Source: Octopus bimaculoides
Lineage: Eukaryota
DNA: 51,205 nt
Assembly (NCBI RefSeq): GCF_001194135.2
Contig: NC_069005.1
Coordinates: 33,879,694 to 33,930,898, forward strand
Reading direction: 5' to 3'
The notes under the pieces were generated by a model. That model was not told the DNA's origin. It was given only the letters and a program-made list of their open reading frames with translations, and made no database searches. Position numbers and translations under genes: made by a program. Below are positions 1-13,518 of the stretch, piece by piece (the first letter of the stretch is position 1; the number at the start of each line of letters is the position of its first letter).

Positions 1-222
1 ATTCATTGATTCATTTCATCAGGCGATGCTGCATCAGTGGATGATCCACAGAGGAATGTTTATCCATTCTTGCCAGTATGAAAGCCAATCTAACTCTGTG
101 TGTATTCCTGTCTATATTTTTTTGGGGGGGGGGTAGGTGTTAGGAGTAGAAGAAGAAACAGCGAGAATCACGTCTCGAATGAAAAAGACCAAGAAATGTA
201 CTAGCATCTTTAATTCTATATT

Positions 223-287
223 GTTCGAATGGTAGATGAACGCATGCCGAAACAGCTGTTTTATGGCGAGCTTTCAGAGGGAAACGC
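223..287 (+). mobile_element. RTE-clade LINE, short fossil of the ORF C-terminal region
   Basis: Translates to VRMVDERMPKQLFYGELSEG, matching the (GHV)xRMxxxRxPKQLxYGEL motif downstream of RT in RTE-type LINEs. Flanks are not coding. Confidence 0.7.
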
Positions 288-1099
288 TATACTGAATTTT
301 CCGTCATCCAAGAGAGATAGTTTAAACTTATGTAACAGTGGAAGAAAATTCCTCATCAATGATAGTATAGTGTTTGTAGTTCATAAATGATGAACAATGA
401 GAATGAGTGCTCAATGCCGCATTGGTGGTTATAATTTATTTATTTGTGAATTTATTTGTGGTTTCATGTTAAGAAAAGTATGAAAATATCCTAGGGTCTT
501 CACAATTTTTCAAGCCGATCACACGGATAAAGGAGAAAAGGGAAACCAATGGTAGCCTTAATTCGCAAATATATATATAGCTCTTTTTCAGATCCTAGGT
601 ATGATTACATGCAAGTATACATATATATATGCACATTTATCACGTGCATATTATAATGCGCATACACTCACGCATATATAAATATAACACCGTATGACAT
701 CCTTTTACTCCAACACCACCAACACCATCATACAATCCACCCACACCCCCTCAATACTCTTGTAGACCAGACTAAGGAAGTGTCCCTTTCGATAATGCAA
801 CACTGTACCGTGCCAAACTATTTCATGCCAAGCAACCAAATTACACCTCACCTGATAGCACCGCTCTACGCAGAATTCCGCAACACCGTTGCCATTACAC
901 AGCACCGCGCCATGTTATTTCGTGTCATACACTTGTATATTATACGGGACATACACCACCGTAACGTCCTCAGCTGTCATAACACTTGACACCACTCCTC
1001 CACACATCCGCACCACCTTCCCCAAGATAAACCAACTTTTGCCACATTTATCAGAATGAATTAGTATAATCTTACAGTCTCACTCAAAGTATTTACACA

Positions 1100-2120
<1,021 letters not shown>

Positions 2121-3182
2121 GCGAAAAAAATAATAAAGTAATGTAGGTGCAGGAACGGTATTTTTTATCGGCCACAAGGTCACACCATATTAAACACAAA
2201 AACATTTTGGTAGCAAAATTTCTCTTTCTCTTTCTATTAAGTTATCTACCTTTCTCGCTACCCCTCTCTATCTGTATATCGTTCTCGCGCCTCTCTCTCT
2301 CTCTCGGTCTATATGTTTCTGCTTACTAACGTGGAGCTCCTCTTCCTTACTTAATAGAAGGCTCTTTTCTGCCGCCTGGCCCCCATCCTTCAAGCGTTAA
2401 TCACCATCCTGTATAGGTCCTCGTGTCAGCAATGCTCAAAAACTGAACGTGAGCATGGAGAACGGTTTCGTCAGTCTCCGTTGGCCTCGGACTGAATCGA
2501 CTGATGATAGAAATTATCCCGATCTGGTGGCACCAACAAATCACTGATTTCTTCTAGGATGTATTCAGCGGAAGTTCACTGACACACAGACCCTCTCATA
2601 CCTCGTTGCAAACACAACATAAAATAACAATCAGAGTAACTGCATAAACAACAATAACAACAACAACAACAACAATAGTAATGTTGGAAAAATAGATATT
2701 ATTTCTGGTGATGGTAACGGTGTTGAAGCTAGTGATGATGGTGATGATGATGGGCCGATAGAATTGGTGATGGGGGTAGTTGTGATGCTTATGATGATGG
2801 TGGTGGTGGTGGTGTTGAGGACGACGACGATGGCGACCGTGTTTGCGATCATGGTGAAATGAAAATATATGATTATAATCAATACGATAAAGAAAACCGA
2901 CACGGCATAAATCGATGTAGACACATACATGCGACACAGCCACGGACACACAGACACACACGCACACACACACACAGTCGCGCGTACGCACGTGTACTTA
3001 TCCATACGTTCCTAGACACAGCAAGGCGCGCACGCGCGTTACACATAGAGACAAAGTTAGACGGAGAGAAACGTGTTTGCTAACGAAGTGAGAGCAAACA
3101 GAAAGCCGAGGCTAGAAAAATACTACTACAATTCCCACTGCTACTACTACTACTACTACTGCCACTGCTACAACTGCTGCTG

Positions 3183-3223
<41 letters not shown>

Positions 3224-3290
3224 GCTGCTGTTGCTGTTGCTGCTGATACGACGACGAAGACGTCGACGACGACGACGACGACGACGACGA

Positions 3291-3497
3291 TTTTGGCACA
3301 AGGCCCACAAGTTCGGGGGACAGGTTAAAGCGATTATATCGATCCCAGTACACAACTGGTACTTATTTTATCGACTTGGAAAAGACGAAAGGCAAAGTCG
3401 ACCTCTCGGGGAATTTGAACTCAGAACGAAAAGACGGACGAAACACCGCTAAGCATTTGGTACGGCATGCTAACGTTTCTGACAGCTCGCCGCCTTA
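3291..3497 (-). mobile_element. SINE family Z (AAGGCGGCGAGCTG head), near full length
   Basis: Reverse complement reads aaggcggcgagctgtcagaaacgttagc...gttctgagttcaaattcc (B-box-like)...gtcgactttgcctttcgtc...gataaaataagtaccag. Homologous to copies at 14456 and 18514. Confidence 0.85.
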
Positions 3498-3534
3498 ATC
3501 TTTGATTTCTAATACTACTATACGAAAATCGCTT

Positions 3535-3780
3535 TTAAAAACCGTAAGGGGACGGTTGCTGAAGGAGCAGTACTATATATTGAACACTTAGAAAAGAAAG
3601 AGCAGCCAAATCTCACTCACATCAAACAGTCTTACGTCTTAAAAGTTTACTAAATCCATTTATAGATAACATACAAAAACGGGATGGTCACAGCTGGAGC
3701 GTTCTTGATCATAGGCCTATTCGATCAAGACTGACCTGGCGTTAAACGACAACAACAACAGCAATATCAGCATCAACAAC
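3535..3780 (+). mobile_element. Interspersed repeat 3' portion ending in an (AAC)n tail, probably a SINE or LINE tail
   Basis: gggatggtcacagctggagcg...gatcaagactgacctggcgttaaac followed by aacaacaac. A related reverse-oriented segment lies at about 25985-26060 (gatcagagctcattgacggg...cattccatccgtgaccgtccc). Confidence 0.5.
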
Positions 3781-5600
3781 CCGGGTTTATTTTTGGCCGA
3801 TAAAATATTTCCAACCTTCATAGAACGGTGACCTTGTGTTTAGTAGAATGTAAACGGTCTAAAGGAAATGCTGACAATTATACAAAACGTAATGATTTCT
3901 CTGTGAAATCAATATTATCTAAAACTATAAATGGAAATTTGAATCTTCACTTAGAAAGTAATATCAATTCTGGTCGCTGAATATTGCAAATGTTGTGATA
4001 TATTTAACCCGTTAATACACAGTGTCCGAAAAAAACAGAAGGCCAGTCGAAAAATTATACACTAACAAGTATTTATTTTAATTATAAATACTGCTCACAT
4101 CTCATTAACTTTTCATTAGTCCATGCTCTTGTATAATCATTAGTTTATGAACATCTTTTTTTATATCCATGCTGTTTATTTTTCTTGTTAATTAAATGTA
4201 ATTAATTGTAGGATGAAAATGAAACTTTATATATTAATGGGTTTACCGAAATCGTGTATTTTTATCGATCGAAGATGCAAAGTCTCAAACTCGTAGCTAA
4301 GAAGGTTTTATATTGATCCCCAGGAGAACGAAAGATGGAGTGAACCTTAGTGAGGTTTGAACAAGGAACGTAAAGGAGAAAGAACTGTTTCTAAATTATT
4401 GAATGAGAGGAAGGGCTCTGGTCCATATCATTGCAGACAACCCCTACCAGCCGGACTGTGATGGTTGATGTAGGTTGGTGAATTAGAGGTGAGATGAAAA
4501 TCCAGGGTAGATAACCTGACTGAACCGCTTTAGTATCAAGTCGACCGATTTGGCATTCACGAAGCGTCCTTCTTGTTAGTGAAACTAGAGTTTAAGACAC
4601 AATACTATTCCGATGTGAGAATTTAGAGCCGACACTTGATACGTGGTACAACGTGCACCTGATCAAGGAACATCGATCTGATTGAAGGAGTGAGCCAATG
4701 AAAAGCACATATATTTGATCAAAATGAAACAAATAATTTGCGCAGATCGTTCTGCAAGAAATTTCAGAAGCGCCGTTCTCAGACTAGGAGAGGCTACAAT
4801 CAAAGAACTATTCTACTCAGAAAGTTTAGGTCTGAAGAATTCTATACTTAGAAGACTGTTTTGTTGAGAGTGTCTGAGAACAAGAATATTCTGGTTAGCA
4901 GACTTTTGGGTATGAAGACAGTTCCATTGGCAGAAGAATCTCGATTGAAATAGTTCAAATTTTTTCTTATAAGAATCTATCTTCGAAATTGGTGGAACAC
5001 GTATTATTTGCTAAATCGGAGAAGAAATATATTTGATATTCGTTTATATTCTCATTCAAGGCTACAAATTCGAAGCGCAGCCGATAGAGGAACAGATTCT
5101 GTCAGAATACTGCAACTTCGATTTTTGGAATATCAAATAGGAACGTAAAATCGACGTAACTAAATACGTAGGCATATTCAATCCGGGCTTGAACAGCTTT
5201 CGTCCCCTCTACCGCCCATAGAAAAATTGGAATTAGAATGGTTGGTCACGAATGAACTACCACTGACGATAGCTTTACTCAATTGGGGATTTACCTAGGG
5301 TTGAACAACAAAAACAGCAGCAGTAGCAAAAGCAACAACAACAAAACAAAAACAACGCAGTTTTATACGAGGAAAGCGGCCATATTGATTTCCTCATATG
5401 TTTCTTAGTCACTGATTTCGCTTCACTATTTTTCTTTTTTTTAGTTTCGTTTACGATGCGATTCTTGACTTTGGTATCGGTTGATTACTAAATATCATCT
5501 CAGTTTTAAGAATCTAAAATATCAAACAGCATCAAAAAACATCTTTAAAATATCCTAAAGAGAGATTCTGCGAAAGAGGGAGAGAAAGAAAAATGTTTGA

Positions 5601-5789
5601 AATGCAAAAGGTCCATCTTTAATTAAAAGAGAAGCAGATGATATTCCGTCATTGATATCCAAGAGAAATATGATGGTTCTCCCTTCAGTAGGCAGGAATA
5701 ATTTTACATTTTATGAGAGATCCGGAATGGTAGGAGGTGGCAATGGAAATGCTGATATTCCTGTCTCTGCAACAGAATTCACAAGCTGA
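5601..5789 (+). CDS. Candidate terminal coding exon with prohormone-like repeats, product unknown
   Basis: Stop-to-stop open frame NAKGPSLIKREADDIPSLISKRNMMVLPSVGRNNFTFYERSGMVGGGNGNADIPVSATEFTS*. The two PSLI..KR units differ at synonymous third positions. The acceptor (aaag|gtcc at 5610) lacks a pyrimidine tract. Confidence 0.3.
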   Translation, partial: NAKGPSLIKREADDIPSLISKRNMMVLPSVGRNNFTFYERSGMVGGGNGNADIPVSATEFTS

Positions 5790-5946
5790 GTTAAATGAGC
5801 TGAAACAGAATCCCCTAGTGGGAATTGAAATCACGATTGAAGATTACATCTGGCTAGAATTTAAAATTGTCTTAACATTTCTTTCACTCTCTCTCTCTCC
5901 CTCTCTCTCTCTCTTTATCTCCCCCCCTCTCTCTCTGTCTTTATCT

Positions 5947-6039
<93 letters not shown>

Positions 6040-7445
6040 TCCACATCGGGGAACAAATAACATGAATCGAGAGACTGGAAGATGGTAAGGTGTTTGTTAT
6101 TGCTGTTGTGATTTTTGTTAATACTTTTTTTGTTAGTTACCCCCCGCCCCCTTGTCAACTGTTATGGAATAGACGTAGGAATTATGGTCTTCTAGTTGTA
6201 ACTATTAACGCCCTTGATTGTGGCATAGTATATCTCAGAATACATCAACAGTTGTACCTCAGGGTAGCGTAAGATCGAAATAGTTCAAATAGTTCCAGGT
6301 TTATCCGTTAGGTTGTTGAAGTAGACATTGTATATCTAAGACTACATTTGATAATGTACTTCATCTTTATTTAAGACAGCAGGATAACATTTAAGGGTCA
6401 GGTAATTTAGTTGTTATTTCTAGCACTTCTAAAAGCAGCGTACGACTTTAAAAACTTCCAGTCGTAACTGCCAGATTGTTGACGCAGATGTTCGTTATAG
6501 AGATCACCCACATACGTATGCGAATATGTGTGTATATATTTATTTATATAGGAATCAATTTATATATATATATATATATATATATATCAATGTATGTATG
6601 TGTGCGTATGTATAATATGTCTGTATGCATAAATGTTTGTGTGTATGTATGTATGTGTCTGATAATGCGATATTCAAGAAATACAATGTTAGAACATTTC
6701 CATGCTAACCAGGTGTTATGAGTCTCTGTCTCACAGACATCAAAGACTCAGAGATATTATCAAAGAGATTCTTAAACATAATTAACATGCATTTGAGCAA
6801 TTTTCGATATTTCTTAAGTAGAAGAAAAACATATTTAAATTTCCTAACCACGTCCGGTCCTCTCTCGATATGACACATGGCTATCCACTCACAGCATCTA
6901 AATACGTACATACATACATACATATGTATATATATATATTTATACATATATATATATATATTATATATTATGTATATATAAATATACGTACGCATACATA
7001 CATCTCTATATAAATGCACAGTCACATACGCGCGCTCTCTCTCTCACACACACGCACACATAGATATGTCTTTTGAATAAACGGAAAATTATGCATCTGC
7101 TTGTGGGTGGCTGTGTGAGCAGGTGTGTTTTTCTAACGCATACGATTTACTCGCGCTAAACATGACCAGACAACATGTACAATTTAACGAGATATACGTT
7201 AACATATTACAAAAATATGTCTGTAACTATGTGTGTATTCGGTGTTGTAGTAGTCATGGTTGCAAAAAAAATTTGGAGGAATATAAAATTAGTAACCGAT
7301 GACTCAAGGCTTAGAAAACTATAGAAGAATACACACTGTTAAACATGGAATTGAATACAGAGAAAATAGCTGTTGTTCTCAAAAAGAAATAATAAATTTT
7401 TTATCGGCAGAAATACTAACAAAATGCTGGAATATTCATTCTTTC

Positions 7446-7528
7446 TTATCTTAGTGTTTCAAAATTTTCGCCGTTCTTTTCCGACCTGCTGCGGTCATTG
7501 ACATATAATTCTGCTACAAAAGCGTGTG
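7446..7528 (-). CDS. Candidate last coding exon of the minus-strand gene
   Basis: Acceptor (ct)n-cttcag|C. The phase-1 frame (A)HAFVAELYVNDRSRSEKNGENFETLR* is phase-compatible with exon 9007-9080. A weak internal donor (cag|gtcgga at 7485) is an alternative. Confidence 0.4.
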
Positions 7529-7756
7529 CTGAAGAGAGAGAGAGAGAGAGAGNNNNNNNNNNNNNNNNNNNNNNNNNNNNNNNNNNNNNNNNNNNNNNNN
7601 NNNNNNNNNNNNNNNNNNNNNNNNNNNNNNNNNNNNNNNNNNNNNNNNNNNNNNNNNNNNNNNNNNNNNNNNNNNNNNNNNNNNNNNNNNNNNNNNNNNN
7701 NNNNNNNNNNNNNNNNNNNNNNNNNNNNNNNNNNNNNNNNNNNNNNNNNNNNNNNN

Positions 7757-7807
<51 letters not shown>

Positions 7808-8169
7808 TGATTAAAAAAGTAAAAAAAACAATTGCAACAAAACCAACGACGACAACAACAACAACACTAATGATCGTGATAACGATAGTTGTTTTTGATT
7901 TCGGTGTTAATTAAGTAGGCGTGACTGCATAGTGATAGGGGGGGGGGAAAGAAACATGGCGAGACATAAACAACAACAAGAGCCACAACAACAACAAATA
8001 TCACAACTGCAGCAGCAAAAACAACAACAACATCAACAACTGTCTCATTATCATCGTCGAAACAAAAATGTTTTTTAATGAAGTTAAAAACGGGACAGAT
8101 GCAAAACTGTTGCATGTGTTTAATGTGAATGTTTCCACTGCAACATCAGGTGCAGCATCTCAACATGGC

Positions 8170-8690
8170 TGACATGTGTGTCTGTATGTGTGTGTGTGTG
8201 TGTGTGTGTGCGTGTATGTGTGTTTGTGTGTGTTTCTGTTTGTGTGTGTTTGTGTTTGATTGTGTGTGAGTGTCTTTGTGGGCGTGTGTTTGTGTGTGAG
8301 TGTCTTTGTGTTTGTCTGTGTGGTGTGTTTGTGCGTTTGAGTTTGTGTGTGTGTGTGTGTTTTTGTGTATGTATGCTTGTGTGTGCACTTGTTTTTGTTT
8401 GTGTGTGCGCGTGTTTTTCTGTGTTTGTGTTTGTGTGTTTGTGTGTGTGTTTGTGTGTTTGTGTGGGTGTGTTTGTATGGGTGTGTTTGTGTTTGTATGT
8501 TTTTGTGTGTTTGTGTTTGTGTGTGCTTGAGTGCGTGTGTTTATGTCTGTTTGTGTGTGTGTTTTGTGTTTATGTGTGTTTATTTGTGTGTGTTTGCGTT
8601 TTTCTTTATGTGTGTGTGTTTGTCTGTGAGTGTGTTTGAGTTTATGTGTGTGTGTGTGTCTGTGTTTGTGTGTGTGTGCGTCCGTGTGCA
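8170..8690. repeat. Degenerate (TG)n/(TGTT)n low-complexity tract
   Basis: Visible directly; source of the C/V-rich and H/T-rich pseudo-ORFs. Confidence 0.9.
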
Positions 8691-9006
8691 GCATTGTTTT
8701 ATGGAAGGTGTAGGTAAGCTGAGGCCGGTTCCAGTTTCGTTCCAGTTCCAATCTTTTTCTCATTTTTCTTTTTGTTGTTGAAATCCCCCCCCCTTTTTTT
8801 TTGCTTCAATTAATTTTGTAAATGACGAACTCAATGAAGTGAGTATGTCGTCATTAACCTAGTGGTTGGAACAGAAGTTAACGTGAAATTTTAATGTTAT
8901 ATTTCGATTTGGATCGCTTTAAAACGGAAATTCATTTCATAGAATCAAGAGAAATCTCAAGTGGATTAGGATTAAAAGATTTAAACTGTTACCATATTTC
9001 TATTAC

Positions 9007-9080
9007 CTCCCTTTGTTTCAATTAAGTTAGCATATAATGAAGAAGGTAATAAAATAACTTTGTCATTATTAAACTGGTGC
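9007..9080 (-). CDS. Internal exon, unknown protein
   Basis: Acceptor atatgttccag|G and donor GAG|gtaata. 74 nt, phase 2 to 1, reading (R)HQFNNDKVILLPSSLYANLIETKG. Joins in frame to exon 10305-10368. Confidence 0.6.
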
Positions 9081-9539
9081 CTGGAACATATATTAACATA
9101 TATTTATTAGCANNNNNNNNNNNNNNNNNNNNNNNNNNNNNNNNNNNNNNNNNNNNNNNNNNNNNNNNNNNNNNNNNNNNNNNNNNNNNNNNNNNNNNNN
9201 NNNNNNNNNNNNNNNNNNNNNNNNNNNNNNNNNNNNNNNNNNNNNNNNNNNNNNNNNNNNNNNNNNNNNNNNNNNNNNNNNNNNNNNNNNNNNNNNNNNN
9301 NNNNNNNNNNNNNNNNNNNNNNNNNNNNNNNNNNNNNNNNNNNNNNNNNNNNNNNNNNNNNNNNNNNNNNNNNNNNNNNNNNNNNNNNNNNNNNNNNNNN
9401 NNNNNNNNNNNNNNNNNNNNNNNNNNNNNNNNNNNNNNNNNNNNNNNNNNNNNNNNNNNNNNNNNNNNTATATATATGTATATATATATATATTTATACC
9501 CACTAATTATTAATACATTTATTATTTTTAAAGTTGGTA

Positions 9540-10150
9540 CATTGTGTTTATCTCTTTGTTCTACTTTGTTTCTTTGTTGCTATACACTGACCAATCGTGA
9601 TGGGTCTCCAGCTTGTTCTAATTCACCTCGTAAGAATCTTTATCCTTTTGAGTTCCCTGTATTCTTATAGATTTTTCAATTTCCTTCCCGGAAGTGACCG
9701 AGATGTTGTCTAGTGCAGTAGATTATTTTTTCTCTGTCGTTTGGTTACAATATCTGGTCAATTTTCTTTCATCTTTTCTGTAGCCATATCATTGTCACAT
9801 ATCGGATTTAGTGCTTGATTATCCCATTGCAATATCATGAGGAAGTGCCCGTATATTTCCAAATGGCTATGACTATGAATGTGTTCATATTATCTCTTTG
9901 CAATCACTGGACAGCTACAGATAAAGTGAACAATTGTTTCTTTATGTGTCATGTTTTATTATTTCATTTTGACATTTTCTGTGCCTACCCATTGACCATA
10001 TGGATTTAAAATCAAAACATCCAATTTCTATTTCTTGTTCAAAGACTTTGAACAATCTGAGTCATTATTAAAGCCACAATCTATTCATTCCTGTCCATTC
10101 TTGCAAGATATCGACCTTGGAAATTTTGACGCTTCATAATTCTATTCCTT
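9540..10150 (-). mobile_element. Degenerate R4/Dong-like non-LTR retrotransposon C-terminus (CCHC finger plus restriction-like endonuclease)
   Basis: Interrupted translation gives, in order, GRYLAR..., VALIMTQIVQSL*TRN, ETIVHFICSCPVIAKR*Y, WDN, *PDIV, LDNISVTSGKEIEK. This matches the HGxY / xAxQDQxxxTRNY / ETxxHIxxxC / LxWD / RPDI motif order of R4/Dong elements. Many stops and frameshifts. Confidence 0.75.
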
Positions 10151-10304
10151 TATTCTTAATTCTTTTACTTCTTTCTAGCATTTGACAGCGGTCATGCTAC
10201 AGCACCGCCTTAAAGGGTTTTAATTGAAGAAATCTATCACAGGACTTATAATTTGCAAGGCCATAGATTTTTCTTAATCGTTGAACTTAAAAATAAATCC
10301 TTAC

Positions 10305-10368
10305 CTTTTTTTAAAAATCATTTCCTCCAGAGAAACCGGCTTCAGCATCTCTGGATATTTGTCATAAA
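10305..10368 (-). CDS. Internal exon, unknown protein
   Basis: Very strong acceptor gactttgtttttcttgcag|T and donor AAG|gtaagg. 64 nt with only one open frame (phase 1 to 2): xYDKYPEMLKPVSLEEMIFKK(R). Confidence 0.7.
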
Positions 10369-11214
10369 CTGCAAGAAAAACAAAGTCAGCCATTTTGAAA
10401 TATTTTAAATATAAATGCGTGGTGTTTATATTCAGTCTAACATGGCTACAGCTTAGCAAAGAAACAAAGTCTGCCTCGAGAAAGTCAATGGAATAAAAGA
10501 GAATAAAAAGCAGACGGAAGGAGAAAAGTAATTTAGTGTCAGTGAAACATAAATATTTCATGAGGAGCAAACATCAGGATTTTTTGACAGAAAATGAAAA
10601 TATTATGGTGAATATTCACCTTGGCAATACAAACAATAGCATTAACAGCAACAGCAACAACAACAGTAGTAGTAGCAATAACAACAACAACAATAACAAC
10701 AGCAGCAGCAACAACAAAACATTCATACAGACGCAATCTTTACTAATTTAAGAGCAAAGCAGAATATTTTCTGGTTTGCCCTGACTATAATTAAATATTT
10801 GATATGAACAGACTTTCTACTTGTCTAAGTATTTTTATTCAAGAAAAATAGCAACTCAAAGTCATCTATTTTTAGATCGTCAAAGACGAGGAAGATTTCC
10901 TCATACATGGTGACATCTTCCCCTATAACATTCCCAACACCTCGTCTCCCATAGAACATAGAAATTCGGATGCAGGGAACGTGCATCTGAATTTTAAAAC
11001 TGAAGGCGAAACGAAGGTTAAAAAACCGAGCTGGTGCGCCATACAGTGGCCCTTGTACCAGTGTTGCAGCACTTCGATGGATGAAAGACGAGGGTCATAG
11101 TCAACGGTATAAGCAACAGCGTTAACGTTTGGCAAGTTCTCACGTTTGTAGTAGAATACGGACAATTTGTGAGAGCGGAAAAGGCCAGAAATGAAATGTT
11201 AGTCGAATTAATCA

Positions 11215-11645
11215 ATCCCAGTCCTTACTTTTCTGGAGCCTGCTACTTATTCTATCTGTCTCTTATGCCAAACCGCTAGTTACACGGACGTAAACACACC
11301 AACACCCGTTGTGAAGCGGTGGTAGTGGATCAAACACAAGCAAAAAGACGAACCACACAACAAACACACGCACACAGAGAGCTGCACACACACATACACA
11401 CACACTTACACGCACACACAGAGAGCTACACTCACATATATATACACACACAGAGGTACACTTACACATATACACACACATGACAGGCTTCTTTCAGTTT
11501 CCGTCTACCAAATCCACTGACAAGTTCTTGGTCGGTCCGAGGCTATAGGTGAAGATACTTGTTCACGTTACCAAGCAAGGGGAATGAACCACGAACCATG
11601 GAGTTGGGAAGAAAGCTTCTTACCACACAGCCACTCCTAAGCCTG
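11215..11645 (-). mobile_element. Composite SINE family Y (tRNA-like head, body, internal CA/TA microsatellite, 3' module)
   Basis: Plus-strand landmarks: cttattctatc..gccaaaccgctag..gacgtaaacacaccaacac, then (CA)n, then ggcttctttcagtttccgtctaccaaatccac...ccacacagccactcct. Same architecture as the copies at 17625 and 36825. Confidence 0.85.
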
Positions 11646-13321
11646 TATGTTTGTATTTATATATGGATGAGTGTATATATACGTGTATGTGTTTATGTGT
11701 GTATATATGTTATAGATTTATAGTGTTAGTTTCTGTGTAATGTATTTATATTATCACTTTTATAACTGCAAATCAATACAAACACACGCACACACACACA
11801 CACACGATCGCACGCACACAGAAACATACACAGACGTGCGCACACATACACAAATGTTTATGCGCAAAAAGAGGCGTAGTTGGGTGTTTTTTGCTGTTTT
11901 GTACTGATTGGGTGTGTCAAACAAACAGTTGCATAGCAATTATAATTACGAAATGGTGAGTCGTAGCAGCTGTGTATATGTGTGTGTGTGTGGGGGGGGG
12001 GTGATAGACACAGAAGTGGAATAGTGTTAGATGAAGCGAGAATAGGTAGAAGAAGAAGAGGAGAAAGAGAAAGTGAAAGTGAGGGCGAGGACGAACGAGA
12101 TTTAGCGAAAAAGAGGTGGTGAGGGAAGAAGACGAAAAAGAGATCAATAAATACAGGGTGATACATAAAATCAGAAACACATTCATAAGCACACAGACGC
12201 ACTTATATATTCCTGTATATTATATACACACATACACAAATATATATACATATATATATACACACACACTCACACGTACATACATACATATATATANNNN
12301 NNNNNNNNNNNNNNNNNNNNNNNNNNNNNNNNNNNNNNNNNNNNNNNNNNNNNNNNNNNNNNNNATATATATATATATATATACATATACTTATACATAC
12401 ACACGCACACATATATGCACACACATACACACAAGTTTGTCGACGGATACCGGATATCAGATATAAGTATAAAATTAAATATCCGAAGAGTTTTTTTGAT
12501 ATTAACAGGGAGAATGAAGTGAGTAATTCGATCTATGACATAATTTTACAATTGTTTCATGGTTACATTATCAGAGAAACATTGTTATATCATTATCATA
12601 TAACATTATCATATATCATTATTATCATATATCATATATCATATATCATATATCATATAACATATGTAACAATACATTGCATCAGTATCATTCTGCTGCT
12701 GCCACAAAAATATCGACACCTCAGGTTTTATATATGAAATCTATTTGCGGGAGGAATTTGTATTTCCTGGAATAGATACGCTTCGTTCGAGATATTTTTA
12801 TCATTTTATTTGCATAGAATATTGAAAGCAACCTGATCAAGAATTAGAATGATTCAAAGAGAAAAGGGAAGAACAAATAAGTGCAAACAGAAATGTGAGA
12901 TTAAATAGACGACAACCGATTCATCTCCCATTTAGCTGCTCTTTTATTTATATATTTTTCTTATATACCTTTGTATTCTTCGATTTTTCAATTTTTCTTC
13001 CAATTAATTTGAATTTGTTGTTTACTGTATGTTTGCTTTCTTTGCTTTAACTATGATATGCAAATGAAACGCTAAAAACATCTAGAACGAAGGGTTTATA
13101 TTCTTGAATATACAAGTTGATCAAGCAGATGGATTTTATACGTAAACCTGAGGAATCGATATAATCTAGTTTCTATATGTTACCTGATTTCTATATGTTA
13201 CCAAAATATTCATATATATGAGTTATAGAATGTTTTTTTCCTGTACCGGACGCATGGATGAAGAAAAGCTGTGAGACTTGGAACTGGCAAACTTGGAACT
13301 ATCAACCTTTGGCTAACGTAC

Positions 13322-13356
13322 TTCGAACTACTGCCATAAAGTTAAAAGAAATATTT
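13322..13356 (-). CDS. Possible short internal exon
   Basis: Acceptor gttaattcttctag|A and donor GAA|gtacgt. 35 nt, phase 2 to 1, (L)NISFNFMAVVR(I). Would bridge 17388-17440 to 10305-10368; chosen mainly on phase compatibility. Confidence 0.25.
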
Positions 13357-13483
13357 CTAGAAGAATTAACTTGAAATATAACAAAAAGGAATAAGAAAGG
13401 ACATATTATATACGGTATTTTAGAACAAATTTGCCCTATATATGTATGCAATAAATATATTCATACATACATACATACATACA

Positions 13484-13518
<35 letters not shown>

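Noticed and set aside
2417-2639. Plus-strand exon-like unit 2417-2448 (GPRVSNAQKLN) and minus-strand unit 2602-2639 (TLIVILCCVCNE)
   Set aside because: Splice signals are plausible, but neither can be linked in phase to a supported exon and they conflict in strand. Left unresolved.
6705-6897. Minus frame RCCEWIAMCHIERGPDVVRKFKYVF...RLITPG* after a tttag acceptor
   Set aside because: No recognisable motif; it depends on a weak upstream donor at 7485, and the open length is within chance expectation.
12509-12518. Plus-strand 10-nt micro-exon-like unit (ttaacag|GGAGAATGAA|gtgagt)
   Set aside because: It is not frame-preserving and has no supported neighbouring + strand exons; such matches are expected by chance.
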